Of a stretch of DNA of 64,000 bases, positions 9,573-18,610 are shown piece after piece. The stretch comes from SAR202 cluster bacterium (lineage in GTDB: Bacteria > Chloroflexota > Dehalococcoidia > Lucifugimonadales > UBA2962). The notes beneath the pieces were generated by a model that worked only from the letters and a program-made list of their open reading frames with translations, was not told the DNA's origin and ran no database searches. The DNA lies in the NCBI GenBank assembly GCA_009392275.1, contig VFGV01000012.1:18217-82216 (forward strand), in the 5' to 3' direction. Position 1 is the first letter of the stretch; each line of letters starts with the position of its first letter. A program made the position numbers and the translations under genes.

Positions 9573-10261
9573 AGACAGGAATAGTTATTTTCCCAGGGAC
9601 TTGGAGCGATAAGGATTGTATGCATGTATTCCGGGATGTTTTAAAACAGTCTACGGAATATATATGGCACCAAGAAACCGACCTAAGTCAATACGATTGT
9701 ATTGTAATACCAGGAGGTTTTTCATACGGAGATTATTTGAGGGCTGGAGCCATAGCACGATTTGCTCCCGTAATGAAGTCCATTACTGATTTTGCTGCTC
9801 ATGGCGGCCTGGTAATTGGAATATGTAATGGTTTCCAAGTGCTATGTGAAGCGGGATTATTGCCAGGAGCATTAATGAGGAATGATCACCTTCAATTCCG
9901 GTGCCAATGGGTGAATTTAAAAATAGAGAGTGACTGCACTCCATTTACAAAAACCATAGACAGATCGAGCACACTTAGAGTACCCATATCACATGGTGAA
10001 GGGCAATATTATGCCAGTTCGGATACCCTAAAGGAGTTAGAGCGAGATGATCGAATAGTATTCAGATATTGCGAACCTAACGGAGATGTAACTAAAGAAT
10101 CCAATCCAAATGGCTCTGTCAACAATATTGCAGGAATAGTTAATATTAGTAGAAACGTTTTGGGCATGATGCCACATCCAGAAAAAGCCTGTGAAGACAT
10201 TCTTGGCTCATCAGATGGTCTGGGCATTTTTCAATCGATCCTTAATTCCACATCCAAATAG
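9569..10261 (+). CDS. purQ: Phosphoribosylformylglycinamidine synthase subunit PurQ
   Basis: PGGFSYGDYLR, GICNGFQ, SHGEG, NPNGS, MMPHPE; TTG start overlaps the gltX stop. Confidence 0.97.
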   Translation: MKTGIVIFPGTWSDKDCMHVFRDVLKQSTEYIWHQETDLSQYDCIVIPGGFSYGDYLRAGAIARFAPVMKSITDFAAHGGLVIGICNGFQVLCEAGLLPGALMRNDHLQFRCQWVNLKIESDCTPFTKTIDRSSTLRVPISHGEGQYYASSDTLKELERDDRIVFRYCEPNGDVTKESNPNGSVNNIAGIVNISRNVLGMMPHPEKACEDILGSSDGLGIFQSILNSTSK

Positions 10262-10269
10262 GATTTCAT

Positions 10270-10758
10270 TTGAGCTACTTAGACGGAGTAATACTGGCAA
10301 TAATATCTACAGTAGGATTCGGTGCAACCGCAGTTCTGGCACAATCTGGAATGCAGCATGTTAAGCCAGCAAGCATAACCATTATTTCGCTTGTGGTCGG
10401 AAGTATAATAGTATTTATAGTAGCGTTTATATTAGAGATGGATGAGCTTACATCCATCTCAATAATTGCTCTGCTTTTTATATTATTAAATGCAGTCCTA
10501 TCATATCCAATTGGACGACTTTTTAACTTCATTGGAGTTAAATATGCTGGAGCATCTAGGGCGTCAAGTGTAATAGGAATAGCGCCTTTAATTACAACCG
10601 GTTTAGCGGTATGGCTAACCGATGAAAAACTGACTTTCACGATACTTATAGGTACTATATTGATTCTTATTGGTATTACTCTAATACTTAGTGATAGACC
10701 TATCCGTACCACTATAAATAATTTTAATGATGACAATCAAAGAAATATTGTGGATTAG
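10270..10758 (+). CDS. EamA/DMT family transporter, single domain (first half)
   Basis: About 5 hydrophobic helices, GASRAS, P...LAVWLTDEKL. Confidence 0.75.
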   Translation: MSYLDGVILAIISTVGFGATAVLAQSGMQHVKPASITIISLVVGSIIVFIVAFILEMDELTSISIIALLFILLNAVLSYPIGRLFNFIGVKYAGASRASSVIGIAPLITTGLAVWLTDEKLTFTILIGTILILIGITLILSDRPIRTTINNFNDDNQRNIVD

Positions 10759-11253
10759 ATGCATAAAGTTATAGGTAAGTTATCAAACGTCTTAACAGGC
10801 CGTATTTCTGGAAAACTCGATAATAGTTGGATTGGCATTACAGCAGCTATAATTTCCGCATTGGGATACGGTTCAGGAGCGATAGCAAGCAAGCATGTTG
10901 TTACTAACCACACCGGCCCTGTAACCGCCACAGCGTTTTCATTACTTTTTGGTGGCATATTGGTTTTTGGATTATTCTATAGAGATTTGAAGGTTGATTT
11001 TAAATGTAGTCCGACAAAGGCATGGATACCGGTTATTTTCACTGGAATATCAGCATCAATAGGCGTAACATTTTGGTTTCTATCGATGGTTAGATTACCA
11101 TTGGTGGTATCTGCACCACTTGTAGGAGCATACCCATTAGTATCTATAATCCTTGCTTGGATTTTCATACGAAAATTAGATATGGTAAGTTGGAAGACAA
11201 TTTGTGGAGCGGTACTAGTAGTAATCGGGATAACATTTGTTAGCATTGGTTAA
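10759..11253 (+). CDS. EamA/DMT family transporter, single domain (second half)
   Basis: About 5 hydrophobic helices, SAPLVGAYPLVSIILA, GAVLVVIG. Confidence 0.75.
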   Translation: MHKVIGKLSNVLTGRISGKLDNSWIGITAAIISALGYGSGAIASKHVVTNHTGPVTATAFSLLFGGILVFGLFYRDLKVDFKCSPTKAWIPVIFTGISASIGVTFWFLSMVRLPLVVSAPLVGAYPLVSIILAWIFIRKLDMVSWKTICGAVLVVIGITFVSIG

Positions 11254-11256
11254 AAG

Positions 11257-13461
11257 ATGAAAATCACAGATAAACAATTAAATGAACTAGCTTTATCCAA
11301 ACAAGAGTACCAACTCATAGTGAAACGACTAGGTCGTGAACCAAACCATTTAGAGCTTGGTTTATTCGGGTCGTTGTGGTCTGAACATTGTGGATATAAA
11401 CACTCTAAGTTATTGTTAAAAACTTTGCCTAGCAAAAGTGACAAATTATTAGTTGAGCCAGGTGTTGAGAATGCCGGAGTTATTGATTTAGATGATATAG
11501 CTGTTGTAATGAAAGTAGAGTCTCATAACCATCCTTCTGCAATTGAACCATATGAAGGTGCAGCAACTGGGGTCGGAGGCATAGTGAGAGACATTTTAGC
11601 GATGGGTGCTCGACCAATCGCACTACTGAATTCATTAAGATTTGGCCCTCTGAGTGAGGCATATAGTAAAAGAATATTTGAGGGCGTAGTATCTGGAATA
11701 TCAGGCTATGGAAATTGTATAGGAGTACCGGATGTAGGTGGAGAAATAGGGTTTTCTAAAGCATATTCAGGAAATCCATTAGTAAATGCAATGTGTATTG
11801 GCCTAGTTGAACCAAAATATATGGCCCGTGCGGTTACAGGAGAACCTGGCAATGTTCTTTTATTGGTGGGTGCTGATACCGGTAAAGATGGAATACACGG
11901 AGCATCAGGGTTAGCGTCCCAAACTTTTGAAGAAGGCCGTGAAGAACTTAGGCCAACAGTGCAAGTTGGAAATCCTTTTCTAGAAAAGATATTAATTGAA
12001 GCTTGTTTGGAATTAATACAATCTGGAGATTATGTGGGTCTTCAAGATCTAGGAGCTGCAGGCCTCACAAGTGCCTCAGTTGAATGTGCATCAAAAAGCA
12101 AAACAGGTCTAGAGATAGATATTGATAAAGTTCCATTAAGAGAATCCGGACTATCGCCTTATGAAATAATGCTTTCAGAATCACAGGAAAGGATGTTAGT
12201 CATAGCGAATCCTGAACAAGTGTCAAAAGTAAGACGAATTTTTGGTAAATGGGGATTAGAAGCGACTAAGATAGGTTTAGTTACGAACACAGGAAATGTC
12301 ATCATCAAAAGCAGCGGTGAAGATCAAGCTGATATTCCAGTAGAATTACTTACGGATCCACCCTTGTATGAAGTAGATGGCTCAAAGCCGAATTGGCTTG
12401 CATCTCTGCAATCAGTCGATCTGTCAAAAATATTATTACCACCTTTAGGCGTCATAGAGACATTAATTAAATTGTTGGATTCCCATAACGTTAGCAGCAA
12501 AAAGTGGGTATATGAGCAATATGACCATCATGTACAAACTAACACAGTTATAGAGCCTGGTAGAGGAGATGCAGCAGTTCTCAGGTTAAAGGGATCTAAA
12601 AGAGCTATCGCCACATCAATTGATGGAAACGGTAGATTATCGTTTTTGGATCCGGAAATTGGAGGAGCTATTGCTGTAGCTGAATCATGTCGAAACATAT
12701 CGTGTACCGGCGCAATCCCGTTAGCTCTAACTGATTGCCTGAATTTCGGAAACCCTGAAACTAACGACGTAGCATATCAACTTAATCGGTCTGTCAAAGG
12801 TATTGGTGATGCTGCCAGAAAGTTTGATGTACCAATTGTAAGTGGAAATGTAAGCTTATATAACGAGTCTCACGGACAATCCATTTATCCTACTCCGATC
12901 ATTGGCGCTCTAGGCATAATTGATGATGTTGAAAGGATCACTGGATCCGGGTTTGTCTCAGAAGACGATGTTGTTTTTGTATTAGGATCTGACCAATTTG
13001 ATGATAATTATAATAACTTGGCTGGCAGTGAGTTCCTGGAAGTTATACATGGTTTAGTTCAAGGTCAGCCTTCGATCGACTTAGACTTCGAGTTTAACGT
13101 GCAAGCTGTATGCAGAAAACTAATTTCAAAAGGATTGTTGAAATCCGCTCATGACATAAGTGAGGGAGGGTTACTATCAACCGTAGCTGAAAGTTGCATT
13201 ATAGGTGGTATAGGATTCAGAATGGTGAAATTAACCAAACAAAGATGGGATATTGCCTATTATGGAGAGAAACAATCTCAGATTATAATTTCTGTATCAC
13301 GAGAAAATATAAATAATGCAATTTCGATAATCAAAGCCGCCGGAATTCCATTCATGGAACTAGGTGTCGTAGGCGGAAACACCCTGGACATAGGAAACGA
13401 TGGGTCGATTTCAGTCAAAACATTAAGCGATTGTTGGTATAGTAGTATTGTGTCAAGTTAA
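11257..13461 (+). CDS. purL: Phosphoribosylformylglycinamidine synthase subunit PurL
   Basis: WSEHCGYK, ESHNHPS, GAATGVGG, DLGAAG, SESQERM, LNFGNP, SGNVSLYN. Confidence 0.97.
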   Translation: MKITDKQLNELALSKQEYQLIVKRLGREPNHLELGLFGSLWSEHCGYKHSKLLLKTLPSKSDKLLVEPGVENAGVIDLDDIAVVMKVESHNHPSAIEPYEGAATGVGGIVRDILAMGARPIALLNSLRFGPLSEAYSKRIFEGVVSGISGYGNCIGVPDVGGEIGFSKAYSGNPLVNAMCIGLVEPKYMARAVTGEPGNVLLLVGADTGKDGIHGASGLASQTFEEGREELRPTVQVGNPFLEKILIEACLELIQSGDYVGLQDLGAAGLTSASVECASKSKTGLEIDIDKVPLRESGLSPYEIMLSESQERMLVIANPEQVSKVRRIFGKWGLEATKIGLVTNTGNVIIKSSGEDQADIPVELLTDPPLYEVDGSKPNWLASLQSVDLSKILLPPLGVIETLIKLLDSHNVSSKKWVYEQYDHHVQTNTVIEPGRGDAAVLRLKGSKRAIATSIDGNGRLSFLDPEIGGAIAVAESCRNISCTGAIPLALTDCLNFGNPETNDVAYQLNRSVKGIGDAARKFDVPIVSGNVSLYNESHGQSIYPTPIIGALGIIDDVERITGSGFVSEDDVVFVLGSDQFDDNYNNLAGSEFLEVIHGLVQGQPSIDLDFEFNVQAVCRKLISKGLLKSAHDISEGGLLSTVAESCIIGGIGFRMVKLTKQRWDIAYYGEKQSQIIISVSRENINNAISIIKAAGIPFMELGVVGGNTLDIGNDGSISVKTLSDCWYSSIVSS

Positions 13462-13481
13462 AATAATAACAAGATAACAAA

Positions 13482-13511
13482 TTGACATCGCTTTTCAGAA
13501 AATGCTACATT
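13482..13511 (+). promoter_or_regulatory. Candidate sigma70 promoter for the zinc-ribbon/dtd genes
   Basis: TTGACA, 18 bp, TACATT, with an extended -10 TG. Confidence 0.55.
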
Positions 13512-13591
13512 CAAATAGATATACTGAATTCTTGACCAAAAAATCAGATAAGTATTAATTTTTACCTTATAAAATATCCGGAGAATTTCTT

Positions 13592-13957
13592 TTGCCCAGA
13601 TACGATTACATATGCGAAAACTGCGACGGAGGTTACACATTTGAATTAAAACAAAGTTTTGATTCTGAACCTGTAGCTGATTGTCCAATTTGCGGTAGTT
13701 TGTCAAAAAGACAGTTCAGCTCAGTGCCAATTGTTTTCAAAGGATCTGGTTGGTACGTGAATGATTACGGCAAAAAAAACTCCACCACATCTAGCGCCAG
13801 CTCTAATGATACCAAAGAGTCTTTATCAAATAATGGGGCGAATGATTCTAAAGATTCTAATTCTTCTAAAGATTCTAATTCTTCTAAAGATTCTAAGTCT
13901 TCTAAACCTACTAAATCTAAAGCTTCTACGACTAAATCAAGTTCATCAGGAAAATAG
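13592..13957 (+). CDS. FmdB-family zinc ribbon protein with Ser/Lys-rich tail
   Basis: MPRYDYICENC...CPICG...IVFKGSGWYVNDY. Confidence 0.9.
   Translation: MPRYDYICENCDGGYTFELKQSFDSEPVADCPICGSLSKRQFSSVPIVFKGSGWYVNDYGKKNSTTSSASSNDTKESLSNNGANDSKDSNSSKDSNSSKDSKSSKPTKSKASTTKSSSSGK
13847..13906. repeat. 18-bp tandem repeat, about 3.3 copies (SKDSNS)
   Basis: tctaaagattctaattct at 13847 and 13865, one-mismatch copy at 13883. Confidence 0.85.
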
Positions 13958-13960
13958 ACA

Positions 13961-14413
13961 TTGCGAGCTTTAGTCCAAAGGGTCTCGCAATCTGAAGTAA
14001 AGGTCGATAAAGAAGTAGTAGGTGGAATTAAAAATGGATTATGTATATTTATTGGAATTGCAGAATTGGACGATGATAAAGATATTAACTACTTGGTAGA
14101 TAAAATTGTCAACCTAAGGATATTCTCTAACCCAGAAGGGAAATTTGATCTTTCTGCGGTAGATATAAATGCGGAATTACTGGTAATTAGTCAGTTCACT
14201 TTGTACGCTAACACCAATAAAGGCAGGCGACCTAGCTTCATAAGATCAGCAAATCCTGAGAAAGCAAAAACGTTGTTTAAAGATGTTATAAACAGATTCA
14301 AGGGCACAGGTTTAAAAGTCGAGACCGGTAAATTTCAACATCACATGAATGTGTCTTTAATTAACGACGGTCCAGTAACAATATTTATTGATTCTAACAA
14401 TACAGAAATTTAG
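13961..14413 (+). CDS. dtd: D-aminoacyl-tRNA deacylase
   Basis: MRALVQRV, SQFTL, GRRPSF, NDGPVT. Confidence 0.97.
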   Translation: MRALVQRVSQSEVKVDKEVVGGIKNGLCIFIGIAELDDDKDINYLVDKIVNLRIFSNPEGKFDLSAVDINAELLVISQFTLYANTNKGRRPSFIRSANPEKAKTLFKDVINRFKGTGLKVETGKFQHHMNVSLINDGPVTIFIDSNNTEI

Positions 14414-14434
14414 TACGTATTTCTTGACCCTATT

Positions 14435-15289
14435 TCACAATATATTCAAACTCATATCCAAAGCACGTGAGGAATGAGTTAAAGCCCCGACTGAAATCAA
14501 ATCCACACCAGTCTCCGCAATCTCTTTGACAGTACTGAGCGTTACACCGCCTGAAGCTTCAAGCAGTGCTTTATTATTATTGATATTTACAGCCATTTTC
14601 ATTGTCTTAGTATCCATATTGTCTAATAAAATAATATCTGGCTCTTGCTGTAGCACTGCACGGAACTGATCTAAATTATCCACCTCTATTTCAATATCTG
14701 TAGGCGCCTCAGAATTATCTCTAGACTTCCTAACAACATCTGATATAGATAACCCGTTAATTTCATTGAACTTAATATGATTATCTTTAATTAATATCCC
14801 ATCTTCTAAATCCATTCTGTGGTTTTTGCCACCACCCATTGTGACTGCATATTTTTGGAAACGGCGTATCCCAGGCACAGTCTTTCTAGTATCTGTTATG
14901 ACCGCTTTAGTTGATTTAACGGAATCAACATATTGGGCGGTTAATGTAGATATACCACTCAAATGTTGTAACAGATTCAGTGCAATTCTTTCACCAGATA
15001 GAATGACACTAGCTTTACCTTGCAACTCGAGAATAATTTCGCCTTTGGAAATTACGGCACCATCTTGAACTGTTTTAGTTATGTTAATAGTTGGATCAAG
15101 TTGCCTAAAAACCATTTCTGCAAAATCAATTCCACAGGCAACACCTTGTTCTTTAGCTTCAATAACAGCATTACATTCAATATCCTCGTCTACAACTGAT
15201 TCGGTTGTAATATCGCGTTCAGCTGCATCTTCAGTAATAAGAAAGTCGATAAAACGATTTATCTCACCTAAAGAAAGTATTGTAGACAT
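14435..15289 (-). CDS. nadC: Nicotinate-nucleotide diphosphorylase (carboxylating)
   Basis: DTRKT, NHR, LIKDNH, EIEVD, LLDNM, EASGG. Confidence 0.97.
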   Translation of the reverse strand: MSTILSLGEINRFIDFLITEDAAERDITTESVVDEDIECNAVIEAKEQGVACGIDFAEMVFRQLDPTINITKTVQDGAVISKGEIILELQGKASVILSGERIALNLLQHLSGISTLTAQYVDSVKSTKAVITDTRKTVPGIRRFQKYAVTMGGGKNHRMDLEDGILIKDNHIKFNEINGLSISDVVRKSRDNSEAPTDIEIEVDNLDQFRAVLQQEPDIILLDNMDTKTMKMAVNINNNKALLEASGGVTLSTVKEIAETGVDLISVGALTHSSRALDMSLNIL

Positions 15290-15310
15290 GATTTTATACA
15301 GAAAGCCGAT

Positions 15311-16519
15311 TCAACTGACATTCAACATTCGCTCTAGAGCTACCAATGCGTTTTTACGAGTTTTTTGATCTACTGATATCTGATTGACAGTAACGCCGTC
15401 ATTAAGAGCTTCCAGAACCCACAATAAATATGTGGGATGAATTCGATACATTGTGGAGCAAGGGCAAACTACAGGGTCTAAACAAAACACTGTCTTGTCT
15501 GGGTGTTCTTTAGCTAATCGATTTACCAAACTAATTTCTGTCCCAACTGCCCATTCAGTCCCGGGTTTTGCTTCTGATATCGTTTTAATAATCAATTCTG
15601 TAGACCCATTCATATCGGCTGCTGCCAATACGTCCTGTGGGCATTCAGGATGAACGATTACATTCACCGACGGATGTTTTGCTCGAGCGTTTTGTACTTG
15701 TTCAACAGTAAATCTAGTATGGACTGAACAATGACCTTCCCAAAGAACAACTTTAGCTTTCTCCAACTGCTCCAAAGAATTACCACCGCTAGCCTTAAAT
15801 GGACTCCATACAACCATCTCATCTGATGGAATCCCTAATCTCAATCCGGTATTTCGCCCTAAATGTTGATCTGGCAGAAAAAGTACTCTTTGGCCTCTTT
15901 GAAAAGCCCACTCAAATACTTTTGTAGCGTTTGATGAAGTGCATACAATTCCTTCATTTTCGCCACAAAGAGATTTAATAGCTGCAGTCGAATTCATGTA
16001 GGTTATCGGTATTAATTTTTCGCTACCGTATATTGCAGAAAGTTCATCCCAGCATTCTTCCACATCATCAATCTTAGCCATATCGGCCATGGAACAGCCT
16101 GCCATCAAATTTGGGAGAATAACTGACACATCAGAATCGGTTAATATATCTGCAGTTTCTGCCATGAAATGAACACCGCAAAAGATGACTGCCTCCAAGC
16201 CTTTAGTCTCAGCGGCATATTTACTCAAGTTATATGAGTCTCCCCGGAAATCGGCGAATTGTATCACTTCGTCTCTCTGGTAATGATGACCCAAAACCAT
16301 TATCCTATCCGCGAGTTTTTCTCTGGATTCTCGTATCCTATCTACAACTTCTTCACTTTCAAGAGTTCGATATTCAGCTGGAATAGTTTGCCACCTGACT
16401 CCTGCTTTTAATTCTTCAGCCAATGTTTTTGACTTTAAGCTTGAGGTGCTACGACAAAACGCTGACTGTTCAATTTCAGTAATCGGTATTGTTCGCGGTT
16501 TGTGTTTTATAGATGTCAT
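15311..16519 (-). CDS. nadA: Quinolinate synthase
   Basis: GHHYQ, CGVHFMAE, AGCSMA, CTSSNA, HCSVH, HPEC, CPCSTM. Confidence 0.97.
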   Translation of the reverse strand: MTSIKHKPRTIPITEIEQSAFCRSTSSLKSKTLAEELKAGVRWQTIPAEYRTLESEEVVDRIRESREKLADRIMVLGHHYQRDEVIQFADFRGDSYNLSKYAAETKGLEAVIFCGVHFMAETADILTDSDVSVILPNLMAGCSMADMAKIDDVEECWDELSAIYGSEKLIPITYMNSTAAIKSLCGENEGIVCTSSNATKVFEWAFQRGQRVLFLPDQHLGRNTGLRLGIPSDEMVVWSPFKASGGNSLEQLEKAKVVLWEGHCSVHTRFTVEQVQNARAKHPSVNVIVHPECPQDVLAAADMNGSTELIIKTISEAKPGTEWAVGTEISLVNRLAKEHPDKTVFCLDPVVCPCSTMYRIHPTYLLWVLEALNDGVTVNQISVDQKTRKNALVALERMLNVS

Positions 16520-16555
16520 CTTGTTTAATTACCAAAAATTACTTTAATAAAAAGT

Positions 16556-17863
16556 TTAAGATTCTACAGTTAATAATAATTTAGCCTTGCTAACAATATT
16601 CCCTTGCAAAGACCAAGGACCTGTTTTCGAGATTTTTACCTGTACAATTTCTCCTATAAGATTTTGAGAACCTTCGAAGTGTACTATTTTATCATTTCGA
16701 CTACGACCTTTTGCTTTGCGATTATCCACACTTTCAACCAACACTTCCTGAATGCTATTCATGTAACCTTCATTGATTTCAGCTGATATTTGCTTTTGAA
16801 CAGTTTCTAAAGTAATGAATCTGTCTTTTTTAACATCATCTGGCACGTCATTATCGAATTTGCGCGCAGCTATGGTGCCGGGCCTATTTGAATATACTGC
16901 TGCGTGCACTTTATCAAATCTGACACTTTTTATTATATCTAATGTCTCATTAAAATCTTCATCAGATTCCCCACAAAAACCAACAATCACATCAGTGCTA
17001 AGGGACACATTCGGCACGAGCCTGCGTATTTGGTCGATTTTATCTAAATACTGATCCCTTGTATAACCACGACGCATGTTGTATAACACGGAATCTGAGC
17101 CTGCTTGAACCGGTAGATTAATGTGCTCACACACTTTTTCTAAGCTGGCAATTGACCCAATGATGTTTTCACTCATGTCATTAGGATGAGAAGTTAAAAA
17201 CCTAATTCTCTTCAAGCCTTCCACAGCAGCTATTTCTTTAAAGAGAAATCCTAACTCAATATCACCTTCTAAATCATGTCCATAAGAATCAACGTTTTGT
17301 CCTAGCAGCGTAATTTCTTTTACACCTCTTTGAACAAGCATTTCAGCCTCTTTAACTAGTTCCTCTGGTGATCTACTTTTTTCACGGCCTCTTCTATATG
17401 GAATGATACAAAATGTACAAAATTTATCGCAGCCATGGATTATAGGAACATAAGTCGATACGGCGGGCTTTGCCTCTAATATACTTAAGCATCCCTCTTT
17501 ATCAATGTTCTTTCTTTCACTAATTAAATCGATTAACGGATCAAACTCTTGCGGTCGCATAAAAACATCAACATGGGGAAAGGCTTTATGTAATTCATGA
17601 GTTTTTGGCCCAACCATGCAACCCATCAGGGCAAAAATACGGTCCGGTTTATCCACTTTTAAAGGAGCTAAACGTGTGAGGTTACCAACCACTCTATCCT
17701 CAGCACTTTGACGAACAACACAACTATTAAGAACAATCACATCGGCATTTTCTGCATCAACAACATTCTTCAAACCAAGTTGACTCATGGCACTTTCCAG
17801 CCGCTCTGAATCGGCCATGTTCATCTGGCATCCTACTGTCCAAATATAGTAACTGTCCAACAT
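16556..17863 (-). CDS. miaB: tRNA-2-methylthio-N6-dimethylallyladenosine synthase
   Basis: GCQMN, NSCVVR, radical SAM GCDKFCTFC, C-terminal TRAM domain; start moved to the ATG at 17863 just after the moaE stop. Confidence 0.95.
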   Translation of the reverse strand: MLDSYYIWTVGCQMNMADSERLESAMSQLGLKNVVDAENADVIVLNSCVVRQSAEDRVVGNLTRLAPLKVDKPDRIFALMGCMVGPKTHELHKAFPHVDVFMRPQEFDPLIDLISERKNIDKEGCLSILEAKPAVSTYVPIIHGCDKFCTFCIIPYRRGREKSRSPEELVKEAEMLVQRGVKEITLLGQNVDSYGHDLEGDIELGFLFKEIAAVEGLKRIRFLTSHPNDMSENIIGSIASLEKVCEHINLPVQAGSDSVLYNMRRGYTRDQYLDKIDQIRRLVPNVSLSTDVIVGFCGESDEDFNETLDIIKSVRFDKVHAAVYSNRPGTIAARKFDNDVPDDVKKDRFITLETVQKQISAEINEGYMNSIQEVLVESVDNRKAKGRSRNDKIVHFEGSQNLIGEIVQVKISKTGPWSLQGNIVSKAKLLLTVES

Positions 17864-17865
17864 TT

Positions 17866-18345
17866 CTAACCTGTATTCCCCTCTTTGGCTGGAGAGAATT
17901 CTACTCCTGTTTGTGAACCTATCCAAATCTCACCATCTTCATAATATTCCTTTTTCCAAATCGGGACTATTTCTTTTATACGATTAATAGAGAATTCACA
18001 TGCAGAAAACGCATCTTTCCTATGTTTCGCGGAAACTGCGACAAATAATGACCCATGACCCAAGGAAACTCTACCTACTCGATGCTGAATTGATACTTTA
18101 TTAATTTCCCAGTTATCTATCATTTCATGTGCTATTTCAGATAACTTCCTATCTGCCATAGGCTCATAAGCTTCATATTCCAGGAAATTTACTTGTCTTC
18201 CTAAATTATTATCCCTCGTTGAACCCAGAAACGTAGCTGTTGCTCCGCTACTTTTATCAGACACAAACTTTATTGAATCATCAAGATTAAGTTCTTTCTC
18301 AGTAATAACCACATGTATTCTATGTTCAGCAACTGGTTTTTCCAT
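17866..18345 (-). CDS. moaE: Molybdopterin synthase catalytic subunit
   Basis: LEYEAY, HRVG, HRKDAF, PIWKKE. Confidence 0.95.
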   Translation of the reverse strand: MEKPVAEHRIHVVITEKELNLDDSIKFVSDKSSGATATFLGSTRDNNLGRQVNFLEYEAYEPMADRKLSEIAHEMIDNWEINKVSIQHRVGRVSLGHGSLFVAVSAKHRKDAFSACEFSINRIKEIVPIWKKEYYEDGEIWIGSQTGVEFSPAKEGNTG

Positions 18346-18346
18346 T

Positions 18347-18598
18347 TCAATTACCTCCAGACACCGGAGGTATTAAGGCCACTTCATCATTGGATCGCAA
18401 AAGATGATCATGATCTTGATATTCATAGTTAACGGCTACTACAATTTTGCTCTCAATCGGTTTTAAGTATGGATATTTATTGACTAAATCAGTAATCAAA
18501 TCAGATACTGATGAGCCTTCAGGAAGATTCATGACAATATCTTTCTCCCCTATTATCTCTCTATATCTGGCAAACGGTTTGATATTTATAGATATCAT
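18347..18598 (-). CDS. moaD: Molybdopterin synthase sulfur carrier
   Basis: FARYRE, AVN, DEVALIPPVSGG followed by an extra Asn. Confidence 0.92.
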   Translation of the reverse strand: MISINIKPFARYREIIGEKDIVMNLPEGSSVSDLITDLVNKYPYLKPIESKIVVAVNYEYQDHDHLLRSNDEVALIPPVSGGN

Positions 18599-18610
18599 GT
18601 TTATTCACTT

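Noticed and set aside
16723-16731. DnaA box TTATCCACA
   Set aside because: Single copy inside miaB; no cluster of boxes or unwinding element.
17864-17926. Longer miaB N-terminus from the ORF track
   Set aside because: Overlaps moaE; the conserved MiaB N-terminus begins at ATG 17863.
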